This document shows positions 12,106-24,722 of a stretch of DNA of 64,000 nucleotides, one piece after another. A model generated the notes under the pieces. It saw only the letters and a program-made list of their open reading frames with translations. It did no database searches and was not told where the DNA came from. The stretch's first letter is position 1. Every line of letters starts with the position of its first letter. A program made the position numbers and the translations under genes. The stretch lies in contig NC_089431.1 in the NCBI RefSeq assembly GCF_026210795.1, forward strand, positions 1 to 64,000, written 5' to 3'. This DNA comes from Rhizophagus irregularis. Taxonomy: Eukaryota.

Positions 12106-13269
12106 ATATTATTTGTAATATTATTATTAATGTCTTTGTAGTGAAAATATATGTAATAATTAATACTGTATATGTAAATAAAAACACATCCAACTTCCGC
12201 TATATTAAAATATTAAATCATTAGCATAACTACTAATAAATAAATACATGAATTTTATTACAGATTATTCAGTAATGACAGTCTATATTCGTGACGTGCT
12301 AGATCAGTTTGTGCGACATATTAATTACTCATAATCGAAAAGAACTTCTATTTTTTCAAAAGAACCAAAGTATAGATTGTGCTACATTTGAAAACGATCT
12401 TTCCCAAAGTAAAAATGAAAACACTTAAAATCTTAAACATTTAAAAGATAGCAAATTGAATCAAATCGTAAAGGTAATTATTATTATCAGTTATAATTAA
12501 TTAATTTAGCTACAAGATCTAATAAAAAATCTGAAACCAAAAATACTTATAAAAGAAAAGCTGCTTCTAAAGAAAAAAGAATCCATCATGATCAAGTTGC
12601 AAGTGAAGCAATAGTGGGAATGGTATCTAATGAAGTGCAGGTCGAAAATTTGGAAAGTTTGTCCACAAATCCAACCAATAAATGAATCTCTATCAAATAT
12701 TGAACTAGAAGAAAGAAAATTTATTAGAACGTCAAATTAAGCTTAGAAGAGAGACAGCAGAAGCAGTGGCCATTGAATTGAAAAATCAGCAACTAAAAAT
12801 GAGCTTGGGTTTGACCTTATAATACTAATTTGTGATTTAGGTTTGACTTCGTTAATTTGTGATTTGTAAATGTTAATTTGTACTATATTTTTTTGTAATT
12901 TGTAATTTGCTAATAATGCATCACATTCTACCAAAAATTATATTTTGTAATTTGTAAATGCTAATGCTAAATATAATTGTATTAATTTATATATAAAATA
13001 AAGTATAATAAAGAATTTGTAGTAATTATTAAATAAATCAATAAAAAATTTGGTTTTATTTTTAACAAGTCAATTTTATTATTATAGAATATTATTAAAG
13101 AAATAGAAATTTATAAGCTTATCTTCAAAGGATATAATTGATATATTTATATTTTTTAATATATTAAAAAACAAACATGTATGAAAATTTGAAAATTTTT
13201 AAAGCATTCGTACGTACTAATATTAATGTCCGTCTAAATTTGTATTACTATACAGTACTACTTTACTTA

Positions 13270-13600
13270 ATATCTATTTATGATGATTGATTGTGAAGGT
13301 GAAACAACCTGTAGATTATTACAAGATAGTAAACTTAGTGAAATTACTGAACAAACTGGAGATTCTTGTGGTGGATCTTATATCAACCAAAAATTTCTTA
13401 GTTGTAAACTTAGTGAATCAACTATAAATCTGCTTAAAAAAAATAATTATAGTCAATTGCAATACATGGTATAACAATTTTGTTAAAATCAAAATTTCAT
13501 TTCACTGAAGATAGGAATAATTTTAATTCTTTTGAATTTGATATTAAAGAAATTTGTTCCATTTAAAACAATATAATTAAAGAAAAAATGGAAGATAATT
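13270..13600 (+). pseudogene. Decayed Hsp70-like (HSPA12-type) fragment
   Basis: MIDCEG..LSEITEQTGDSCGGSYINQKFL..LLKKNNYSQLQYMV resembles the VDCGGGT..EITERTGDFCGS region; stops and deletions present. Confidence 0.6.
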
Positions 13601-13693
13601 GTGACATTTATATATTGTATATGATAATACAGATAAAGATGTTAGCTGTAACTGTAATATTAAGACACAGTGTCGTATGTAATAGGTTGCAAC

Positions 13694-14882
13694 TAAAGCT
13701 CTGAACAGTTCGGGCTAAACCGGGAAACCGATCTGAAACTGGCTCAAAATTCGGTTTGGTTCAGTTCAGGTATTAGAACCGAAAAACTGGCGGTTCAATT
13801 CGGTTTAATCCGATTTTTTATAAAAATGCAAAAAATCGAATAGCCAGTCATCTAGTGATCGTACAAAGTCGAGCCATATATCATTGGATTTGTCTCGACG
13901 AGACGTGTCGAATGGCGGTAAGATTATGTCTCTAGCATCGATAGATCACACGTTAACCCACGCTAAATGATTTATAAATAATTGGAATTAGCAAGCTATC
14001 TATCAGTACTAGAGACATGATCTTAGCACCATTTGACGTGTCTCAGTGAGATGAATCCAATGAATATGAATTCGTTTATGTACGACCACTGGATGGCAAA
14101 TAATATCAAGTTTCGCATTTTTTTAAAATTTTTGAGCGTTAAAAATTAAAAATTCCGATACATGAATTTATTCATCATCCAATAGTTGTACAAATATGAA
14201 ATAGGACTCATTAGATTTGTCTCAATAAGATGAGTCGAATGGTGGTCTCTAGCATTGATAGATAGCTTGCTAATGCCAATTTTTTATAAATCATTTAGCG
14301 TGAATTAATTTACGATCCATTGATACTCGAGATATGATCTCACCACCATTCAACTCATCTCATTGAGACAAATCCAATGAGTCCTATTTCATATTTGTAC
14401 AACCATTGGATGACGAATAAATTCATGTATCGGAATTTTTAATTTTTAATGCTCGAAAATTTTAAAAAAATGCGAAACTTGATATTATTTGCCATCTAGT
14501 GGTCGTACATGAACGAATTAATATTCATTGGATTCATCTCACTGAGACGCGTCAAATGGTGCTAAGATCATGTCTCTAGCACTGATAGATAGCTTGCTAA
14601 TTCCAATTATTTATAAATCATTTAGCGTGGGTTAACGTGTGATTTATCGATGCTAGAGACATGATCTTACCGCCATTCGACGCGTCTCATCAAGACGAAT
14701 CCAATGATATATGGCTCGACTTTGTATGATCACTAGATGGCCGGCTATTCGATTTTTCGCATTTTTATAAAAATCGGATTAACCTGAACTGACCCGCCAG
14801 TTTTTCAGTTCGGTTCTTACAGATTTTGGCTCTAATCCGAACCATCTATAATCCGGACCAAACCGACCCATTCAGAGCTTTA
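13694..14882. mobile_element. Non-autonomous hAT-like element with a ~1-kb internal palindrome (foldback)
   Basis: TIR TAAAGCTCTGAA/TTCAGAGCTTTA; perfect 8-bp TSD GTTGCAAC; ~13780-14250 is the reverse complement of ~14340-14810. Confidence 0.92.
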
Positions 14883-15137
14883 GTTGCAACCTATTTACAT
14901 TAAAAAGCCAAAGTTGTAATGCTGTAATTAGGTTGTAATACTGTAATTAGATCTTAATACCGTAACTAATCAGTAATGCTGTAATTTCGAAATTAAGTAT
15001 TTAATTTCAGCCAGAATTATGCACTTAATTTTAGCAGAAATTAACAAATATCCTAAAAAGGAAAGTCATGTTACACAAAATTCCAGTGCCGTTCCCCACC
15101 AAAATCAATTTTTGTGGAATGGCTATTGCCAAAAAAG

Positions 15138-15965
15138 GGGTCATCTAAAGCCGTGTTCAATCATGTGACTTGACATTTTATAAATAAGCTATTTTTTTAT
15201 GAACTAAGATTAATGTAAGTATAAAAGTTATAGAATAAGTGTATTTTGGCCTGCTTTACAAGTTTACTTAGTGAAAAAAAGCTGGTTTTAAACACTGTTT
15301 TTGACTTTACATATGAATGAATAATCTTTACCAATCATATCTAAAAATAAATGATGAAAATGAAAAAATTCAAATAAGTCAAAAACGGTGTTCAAAACCC
15401 CATGTTGCGCACTAAGTAAACTTATACAGCAGGCTAAAATACATATATTATGTGTAATTTAAAAGTTTTATATATTGTTGAAAAAGTTTTATTTGTAAAA
15501 ATAAATTTTTACAAGTCACGTGATCGAATACAGTGCACACAACCTAGTCCCAACAAAAAAATTTTTAAGCGGCCAAATTTTTTACATTATATAATACTAA
15601 TCCTATAATTTTATTGGTCAAATTTATTTAATTTAAATTATAATTCTTAATTCTAGCCAAATTTACATAGTTAATAATTAAATGAAAGTAATTTTGGCCA
15701 GAATTACATGTAATTCTGGTCAGAATAAAATGGCCAAATATTTAATTTAATAGTAAAATATTTCAACTTTGAATTGCTACTACTTTATTAAAAAATACTT
15801 TACAGGAAATTTAAAAACATAGTTTTATTAAGCTTAATCTGGTTTATCATTGTACGTTTATACTTTATGTTTATCTTTTTTTTTGAATGAATAGTAGTGA
15901 TTTAAATTTCATCAAATTTAATTGCTGGGACTAAGTTGTATGCACTGTACAACTTTAGACGACCT
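15138..15965. mobile_element. MULE-like foldback MITE, 9-bp TSD
   Basis: TIR (G/A)GGTC(A/G)TCTAAAG..GTGACTTG; TSD CCAAAAAAG (15129-15137, 15966-15974). The right TIR is split by the 15531-15947 insertion. Confidence 0.75.
15531..15947. mobile_element. Tc1/mariner MITE (TA TSD)
   Basis: TIR CAGTGCACACAACCTAGTCCCA / TGGGACTAAGTTGTATGCACTG, flanked by TA. Confidence 0.88.
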
Positions 15966-16258
15966 CCAAAAAAGGAATAAACTGCATTTCCATTTTGGCT
16001 GAAATTATGATTTTTGGCTGAAATTCTATATTTAAGTGAATTATGTTAATTTCAGCCAGAATTATATTTTGGATTTTGAATTTCAGATTTTAGGAAATAT
16101 GTGACTGTAATTTCAATTTTAAGGGGTAAATAATATCAAAAAAAATAATAATAAATTTTTTTTTTTGTAAAAAAGTTTATATGTAAATTATGCATAAAAT
16201 CATCTAATTATTAAAGATATTATGCTAATTTAATATAAATTTTTTGAAAAAAACTCAA

Positions 16259-16637
16259 GGGTATTATGTATTACATGAGATTTTATATTTATCAATATGG
16301 CAAATTTATATAGCAAATTAGCAATAGTAAACCAAATTTCTGTACAATATAGATTTCTGTAATATTTAACATAAAAGGATAAGATTTATATGGTTAGAAA
16401 GCCACGCTCCTGAATTTTATTTGCCAACTTTAAAAGATTTATTTTTTTTAAAAAGTCTTTAAAATCTTCATATGAAGTTACAAATAGGAATATATGTTTT
16501 TGCGAATAGGCAAACTTAAATTTTATTGGGTATTGGTATCATGATTAGTTATTTATAACATATGATATATATAAGATGTAAACAAAAACAATTTGCCAAA
16601 TGATATATATAAAAAAATCACATGATACGTAATACCC
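16259..16637. mobile_element. MITE, possibly Kolobok-like
   Basis: TIR GGGTATTATGTATTACATGAGATTTT / AAAATCACATGATACGTAATACCC; flanks TCAA and TTAA (possible TTAA TSD with one mismatch). Sits inside a weaker inverted pair at ~16106/16779. Confidence 0.55.
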
Positions 16638-17032
16638 TTAAAATTTCCCACCTTTCATCCACAACCACCCTCCCCTAGAGATTTTAGTTCATTATATAAT
16701 TTTTTTCTTTACACGAACGCGTATACAAAATGCAAAAAAAATGTGACGTGTCTTATGTACCCCTAAAAATTAAAATTACACAATATATAAACTATTGTAA
16801 TTTACTTTTATAATTCATTACTTTTATTTTAAATTTTTATGCCATTAAAAATTAGTCTATTAGCATATCTGTAACCTTCGAAAATCAACTTCTGGAATAG
16901 CTTTCCATTCAGACTGATTTATCAACCAGTTAATAAATTAAGTACTATTCTATGTATGTCTGATTCTTGCATATAGATTGTTAAAATTAGCATTTATGAA
17001 ATGATTAATACTTATGAAAATGGTATATTTAA

Positions 17033-17302
17033 TTACTCATTTCCTCCCATATTCTTCTTTTTATAATATATGTATGCTCTTTCCTTACCTTGTCCGTATT
17101 GGACACAAAGCCAAACGCTTGATTTAGTGCCTCGTCTACATCCTTTATATGGTTGTAGGATTATTACGCCCTTTCATATTTTGAATGCGTGAGATGCACA
17201 ATATTGATCCTGTGCTGATTTTTCACAGAAATAGGTCTTTCCAACCAACAACCAATTACAAGACATTTCTTTCCTCTGTCTATTATTCATACTCATTTTC
17301 AT
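17033..17302 (-). pseudogene. Small Cys/His-rich (zinc-binding-like) ORF with one internal stop; not in the ORF track
   Basis: Manual translation: MKMSMNNRQRKEMSCNWLLVGKTYFCEKSAQDQYCASHAFKI*KGVIILQPYKGCRRGTKSSVWLCVQYGQGKERAYIYYKKKNMGGNE. Confidence 0.6.
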
Positions 17303-17521
17303 ATTTAAAATATATCGTCGCCTCAAAAGAAAGAGACAACAAATAAGTTTATCATATGATGCCTATTTGTATGATGGTCGTTTACTTTAGTAAACCCTTA
17401 TTAATAAAATTTTTCTTGGCAATTTTCCGTGACAGCCCGTCACTCAAATTTTTTAGCAGAATTAAATATATACTAACAAACTTTTAAATATTACATATCT
17501 TCTATAAAAGTATTATCAATC

Positions 17522-19107
17522 ATGTTGTCAAACCTTGAATTATTGGAACAATGCATTGCCAACCTTGAAGCTAAAAAAGACGAGCTTAAGGGCGAGAATA
17601 CTGAGCTTAAGAATGAGAATGCGAAATTGAAATGGATTATTGAGAAGAATGTCAGGCGTGATGCTGAGAATGCCAAACACAAGGTTAGAATCAAAGAATT
17701 GGAGAAAAATAGTGCGATATTTCAGCTGAAAATGCTAAGCTTAAAGCCGAATTAGCCAAATTAAGATATGATTTCGATTCTTCCAATCTCATGAGGCCTC
17801 AGCAACCCCAGCATGTTACTAATGTGCAGAACTCATGCTCTGTTGAACAATATATATCTTTAGCTAAGCCCGAGAGACGCTTCACTTTGAATAATATACC
17901 TGATCTTGTAATAGACCAGCGTGTAGCTGATAACGTGGACATCGAGTTAATGGACACTTTCTTAGATGAGACATTTAAGAAAAGCATTAGTGATGGGTTT
18001 AGGCAGAAGAATAGGAAAAAGAAATTGTTACATGAATCAGCTACCCAGGACTTATCTGGCGGGTGTTTCAAATGAAACCACCTCTTCTGTAATAAAGGAC
18101 AAAAAATCTCAATCACATAAGAAGAGGAAAGCAGAGAATATTGTACAAGATGTGTTTGATTTTACAGCCACTTCGGTACCTGAGAAAAATCATATGACTG
18201 AAATTTCTATGACGGCCCGTTACGAAAAATCTGATATAAATAATCCCTCAAATATATTACAAAATCTAGCCTGCTTAATCCAAAAAGCATGGGATGTGAA
18301 AGATGAAGCAATTCTAGCTAACCAAAAAGAATTATTATGTTGGTGTTCCTATATTGTAGAATTCAATAAAAAGATCACAAAGTTTATGACTAAGTATAAA
18401 ATTGGTGAGAAGAAAGTGAAAGGTATGATTTATGACAATCTTATTAAACTCCTTCGTCCTGGTACTAAACGTAATACATTACTAAAACAAACTCAGAAAG
18501 CAAGAGACATATACAAATTATTTGAGAAAATAGGAATTGATAAAATTAAGTATATCACAACGTATAGTGTGAATTCTATATCGGAATTATCTGATAGTCA
18601 AATTCAAACTATTGTTGATTATTTCTTCAAGAATCTAAACACTGAATTACCAGATGATTGGAATGGCACTATTATCAATTTCGAAGAGGATATTTTGATT
18701 GATCAGGATAATGTATTAGAGGAGCAAGCAAAACCCTTAGTTTTAGCAGCGCAGGCTGAGGTAAACATTCCAACTGCATCTATTCCATTAACTCATATCT
18801 CCAATTCTTCAGGTGATTCCTCCAGCTCGAAAAAATTGGATGCCAAGATAAAGGTGGTGCACCTATTCCTCAACCCGAAACTCTAGTCCATGACCGCTTC
18901 TATTTTCACAACAAGACATTGGATCAATATCCTAATTTATATAGAGAATTTAGTAGTGAAGATTTTGATTGTTATGGAATTAATGATGAGACATTATGCC
19001 CATTATGCAAGTTAGATTATGATGATGAGGAAGGTATAAATGGTATGTATAAATCTGGATCTTACTTTATTAAATGTGAATAACGTAAAATTGAGATAAC
19101 TGCATAG
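17522..19107 (+). pseudogene. Fragmented coiled-coil hypothetical gene, paralogue of 8090-9697, with C-terminal Cys cluster
   Basis: MLSNLELLEQCIANLEAKKDEL..; QKARDIYKLFEKIGIDKIKYITTYSVNSISELSDSQIQ; ends ..LCPLCKL..YFIKCE; multiple frameshifts. Confidence 0.7.
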
Positions 19108-19131
19108 TCTCATTACCCCTCCCCTTGTGGG

Positions 19132-19737
19132 CAGTGTTGGACTATGACCTAAAATGACCACTATGACCTATATGACTAGTCATAGGTCATTTGGTCATTT
19201 TGAATTTGTAAGATCATATGACTATAGTTATAAATTATTAACCAATTAAATCATGGTATTTATATAATAAAATTGGTTAAATCTGCCAGAAATTATCTAT
19301 AAACTTATAATTATAAGATAGTTATATAGATCATGTGATCATTAACCAATGACATTATAATTATATAACTATGACCAATAGGTATATGACCACCGGTCAT
19401 AAGTAGGACCAGAAAAACTATATATAAAGGTCACCGGAAAAAAATCAGAAAATCATATGAATGCGAACCATCTTATGATTGGTCAATTGGCTATTTATTC
19501 ACATGTTTCCGCTCCAAAAACAGAAAAAGGAAAGATCTTCACTCAAATTTTCTTATTCTTGCGAACCAACACGTGACTTTTATTAATTATTTTTACAGTG
19601 ACCTTTTTGAAAATTAAATATGGGTTTGAACCAAGAAAACCGGTAACCTTTATTAGTAGTTTTTCCGATCCTTCATAAGTACATATGATCACAGTCATTT
19701 AAAAATTTCAATATGACCTGGTCATTATCCATCACTG
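19132..19737. mobile_element. hAT-type MITE
   Basis: TIR CAGTG(T/A)TGGA..ATGACC; TSD CTTGTGGG/CTTGTGGA; many ATGACC/GGTCAT subterminal motifs. Confidence 0.85.
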
Positions 19738-19883
19738 CTTGTGGAAGATGATCTAACTATTTTTTGGAAATATGATAAGAGATATTAGACAGCTTACTAT
19801 TTGGGAATTTTAATCTTTTTTTGAACTAAAGAGAAAGAGAAAAAAGGGATTTAAATTGACTCGCAATCATATAAAATTAAGAT

Positions 19884-20436
19884 ATGTCTAAGACTGATAA
19901 AATACTAACCTCCAAATATCTGGATTGGCATGCCAAATTAAGTGGGTTACCAAGTGTTTTGACGGATAAGATCTGGTCTAATTTATACAAAAAATATAAA
20001 AAAGAAACTGGGCATGAGCCATGGCAATTATCAGAAGATCGCCTTCTCATAAATTCGAAGCCAGAAAATAAAGTATCCTATTTATCTTCTTCTGAGCAAT
20101 GTGAAGAAAAAGGGTCTATTACTTTTGAAGCCAAACTTGATCCAGAATTAATTATCAAATCCGTCTTAGAGTACTTCCCATACTTGAAATTCGGAAATAA
20201 TTTCAGAGGGATTGATAATTATGATTTTACATCACTTCAGCCGTAGAGCTCACCATGTCCTATTTGCAATAGAAAACATAGGGATTATGGGTTACATGGC
20301 TCATAGTACTGCGAAAATAGGAATCGGCTCCCTTATAATCCTGAATTAGCGAAGTTTTATTCTCAAGATAAGTTGGAATATTGTCTTACCTGCAACACTT
20401 CAAGCAATAAATTCAAGTTCGCAATCATAGCATAGA
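19884..20436 (+). pseudogene. Hypothetical gene with a CPIC..H Cys cluster, interrupted by TAG stops
   Basis: The frame of ORF 19884-20246 continues past TAG as SSPCPICNRKHRDYGLHGS*YCEN..YCLTC; similar to the tail of 17522-19107. Confidence 0.55.
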
Positions 20437-20666
20437 GCTAATTTTGCATTTGTATTTCTTTTTTTCATCACTCATACCATTCATTCTTATCACCTCGGCA
20501 CGATTTAGTTTCTAGTACTTTTTAGAAGTCTGTTTGCGTAAACTGATCAAATGATGAGTCATCGATCTGTACGACATTAATCTCTTATATAGACTGTTCA
20601 CGATAATCAATTTTCTTACATAGCCATTTATACTACAATTTTTTCCAAGTATAAAAACGAACTGTC

Positions 20667-22788
20667 ATGACTTCTGTAACACTAAACTTCTTAGTTGTTG
20701 GAGAAGATCCTTATGAAAAAACTTTACCGGTCGATATTGATATTAATAAGAATATTGGTGCCCTTAAAAAAACTATTAAGAATGATATTGGTGAAAGCGT
20801 ATCAGTGAGAGATCTTAAATTGTTTAGAGTCGATATCCCCCTTGGAAGTACCAGAGACGAGGATGTCATTGCGAGGCTTAAAACTGGTGAATTTAGTGTT
20901 AGTCTGGAAATGAATAACAACTTACAAAAAATTAGTGATCATTTTAGTACACAACCAGCTAACACAAACCTACACATTCTAGTGCAACTTCCTATTGTTG
21001 CCATTGGTGAGTCAAAAATTTAGTCAACGTGATATAGCTCAATTTTTTCGCCTTTTCTTGCCCACACCATGTTATATTCACCAATAATACTAAGTACTTA
21101 CTTATTCTTATGCTTTTCTTTCCTGCTTCTTATCGTCAAACCCGCCTAAAAACATATTCGCGGCAACCAGGTGCTAGTGGTAAGTGAGTCATAACAACGC
21201 AAGTGGTCTTTGCCTGAACTTAGACTGAACTTATACTGCTATTTTGTCTTTAATATTGCTAGTTTCTATGGGATCTTCTTCTAAGCGAAATTACGAGGAA
21301 GGTTAGCATTAGCTTGTTTCTGCAGAGTTTGTTGTCTTAACTAATATTTTTTAATCTCTAATAGAGCAGAATATAAACGTGAAGAAAATTCGACATTATC
21401 CTTCCCTATCATCTTTCGCTCAAATCGATAATTTATATAAATCTCAACAAAAAAATACTCAGGATATTCTCATTCATCGCCCTTCTAGTTATGTCAGCAT
21501 GCCATTGATATTATATGACCCTGTTTTTTTTAAGTTCAAGTCAGATTTTAACAATGAAGGTTTAATTATCGATAAAGAACATAATCAATGGACCCTAGAA
21601 TGTATTAATACTATGGCAAAATTCTATCTGAATGAGAAATTACGTCAGAAAGAGTTTCATGAATTAATTTGTAAATTACTTGCCAAAGATGTAAAGGTAC
21701 TTGTGCTTGATGATAAAAGTTCAAATGATGGAACCTTGGAATTAGATTTTCATTCATATAGTATATTATACCTCCTCATTAAGATAAAAAATGAAATTGG
21801 GACTGGTAAATGTGATCCAACTACCCAGGCGGCTGCTTCCTATGCAAAGTTTTATACCCAAGAAAAGAATCAAAAATTGCTCAAAGTGTGTAATTTGCCA
21901 TGCTTCATTATAGGCTTAGCTGGACCTTGGATTTGTATATTAGGAGCTGTTTATGTTGAGAAACCACTTGTTGAACCTCTAACAAGCTTTGAACCTCTCA
22001 TCTTTACTAATGATCGAATTCATTTGAATAAAATTGCGCGACTCTTTAAAGCCTTGAGTTTGGGATGTGAAAGACTGAAGAAATATTATAACGCACTGCC
22101 ATCTTTCGTATTGAATACTGTAGATCATCAACGGTTTTTTCCTTTCATTCGCAAATTCCATGAAATTAACTTCGATTACAAAGAAAAACTTTTTGATAAT
22201 CCACACAAGCTTCTTTGGAAGGCTGAAACACAAGGTGAAGATCGTCTCACAATTGTTATTAAGTTTACACATAGTTACAACAAGAAAGCACACGAATTGT
22301 GTCATAGTATTGGAAAAGCACCAAGACTGCTATGTGTATCATCGGCTCACACGATGCATATGATAATTATGGAATATGTTGATGGCCAAAAACTATGTGA
22401 TTGTTGTGATTTGAAAGGCTCTGAATATAAAAGAATTATCAAAGACATTGAAGAAGCTGTAGATCTTCTACACAAGAATGGTATTGTTTTTGCTGATCTT
22501 CGTGATTCTAACATCTTGGTTATCAAAAATGAAGATGAGTACCATGGAATGTTGGTAGATTTTGACTGGGCTGGTGAGGATAATAAGGATCTCTATCCAG
22601 CTTTTATGAATGCAGATATTAACTGGCCAACTGGAGCTGAAGATAATAAGGTATTAAAGAAGGAACACGATATATATTGGTTAGATGTGTTGAAAAGAAA
22701 GTACTTGAATGAAGTCAAAGAAATGCCCACTACCGAAGTCAAAAAAATACTCATTACCGAAGTCAAAGAAATGTCCACCTGCTACTGA
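20667..22788 (+). CDS. Crinkler (CRN)-family protein: ubiquitin-like N-terminus + nuclease-like domain + kinase; 4 exons, apparently intact
   Basis: LNFLVVGED..IGALKKTIK..LKLFRV..LHILVQLP (LFLAK/HVLVxxP equivalents). Exons 20667-21006, 21171-21179, 21263-21301, 21365-22788 are in frame. Kinase motifs VIKF, MEY, ADLRDSNILV, DFDWAG. Confidence 0.9.
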
Positions 22789-23650
22789 GAAGTATTGTAA
22801 TGAAGAGTTAGCCGCAGAGATTGAATGATGATGTTCTAATCTAAGGCAATGAATCTATTAGAAAGTATTTTCTTTTTTTCATGACAAAAAATTTACTACA
22901 CTGTATATCAAAATAATTATATGTCAAAAATCAGCATGTTTACATATTAATAAGTGTTTAACTATAGTTTATATACCAATCAATTAATGAAATGTGTACC
23001 ATGTGAACATGATACTAATATAATATATAATATAATTAAGATACAAACCAGTGATTCACTAAAAATCGACTATTTTGAGTTTTGATATATAGATTTGAAC
23101 AATGATTGTATGTGCAACGGCCATAAAACAGTATATCATGTATTTATGCATAAACTTAATAATCTGTATAACTTATTCATAATTTATTTTTTTGCGAAAT
23201 GAATAGCTATATAATCTGCATGCATGATCGTTTAGTAAAATTGGTTGAAAGCGCTATGCATGAAATGTATCACCTGCCAAATTTTTCAGATCAACTGTGC
23301 CAGAAGATTAGCAAAATAAAGGCATAGGTATAGGGGATAGAAAAAGCCCTTGCTGTTATGAAATTATCGGAATAGTAAAATTAGCCAATCATCCTATGAT
23401 CTAGAAATCACTTAACGCTATGAAAGTGCGCAGGGATTTAGGAAGATCACATGTAATACAAAATTTATAATTTAGCCATCCATGGTGATCGGATCTAATT
23501 TAATTGAATCAAATCACCCAAACAATCAAATAAAAATGAATACGATATTTTATTATAATATACTTGCTATAAATTGCTATATAAGTCTTTAAAATCGCTA
23601 TAAACGCTATAAATCACTATAATTTGCTATAATTTCACTATACCTGCAAA

Positions 23651-24614
23651 ATGGTTAAAACTAGCTTCTATTCTGGTTTAAATCCTGTAGTGGTGCAAAC
23701 GCTAAACAATCTGCAATATAGGTATAGTGGTAAAACACCAGAAATGTAGTGTTCTCGTGTTTATTATCCATTTAAGAAACTTCTTGAATATAACCCAAAA
23801 TACTTCTCCAAGAATAGATTTATTCAAATGATTGAAAGATCATATAAAGATGGGGAATTTAAAGCTGGGAGATGTTCATTTAATATTTATTGCACTGTAT
23901 GTGACTCCTCAGTAATTATTCGTGAAAATACCATCAAATGTGGCAATGATCATCTGAAGAAATGTATTGCTAAAACAGTCAAAAGGCATATTGCATATTC
24001 TAATTCTATACAGAAAATATGAAAAAAAGAGTATCATCAGAACTAAGTGATGATAAGATTGAAAAGATTTATCAAACATTTGGTTTTATATTCAGTAAAT
24101 GCTGGGCTAAATTTAGTTATGCATATAAATATAAAAATAGGAAAAGATATGTCAATCGTTTAATTGATAGTGCAAAAGTTATCCAACGGACTTGTAGAGC
24201 TTTCAAGTTGAGACCTGAAACATGGGCAAAACAAGTTTGGAATATGGTGAGGAATGATGGTACTCCTGACAAGAAGAAGTTTCTATCTCCTCGTGGTAAA
24301 AGAGATATTTATGATCCATATGTATGGTATATTGATCGAAAAATTCTAGCTAAAGATTTACCTGAATTTTTTCTGAATAATCTATATCATGATGGTCATG
24401 TTCCACATGAGTGGGTAGAAAAGAAGAGTGATCAGTTACATAATCGATTAGGTAATATAGCATATATAGTTGCTTTTATAGTATTACATCAGCAAAACTA
24501 TAGAATCATTACATATGATGGTGATTGGTCTTATATGTTAAAGTGGCTATCGAATCCTAAATATTACCGTATTAATAAATATTATAACAATGGCAACGTA
24601 AACTTTGTTAAAAG
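23651..24614 (+). pseudogene. Hypothetical gene with CxxC..C..H..C cluster, decayed and cut by a TE end
   Basis: MVKTSFYSGLNPVVVQTLNNLQYRYSGKTPEM*CSRV.. is in frame with ORF 23828; frameshift to ORF 24019; the 3' end runs into the TAAAGCT terminus at 24615. Confidence 0.6.
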
Positions 24615-24722
24615 TAAAGCTCTGAATGGTTCTGGTTCAATCTGAAAACCAAGCCAAATCTGAATCGAAAATTCAGTTTCAGTTTTAAAAAATTTAATCT
24701 GAAATTTTTGGTTCAGTTTTCA

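Noticed and set aside
12500..12820. Possible gene remnant with a coiled-coil tail
   Set aside because: Too degraded to assign a frame or family.
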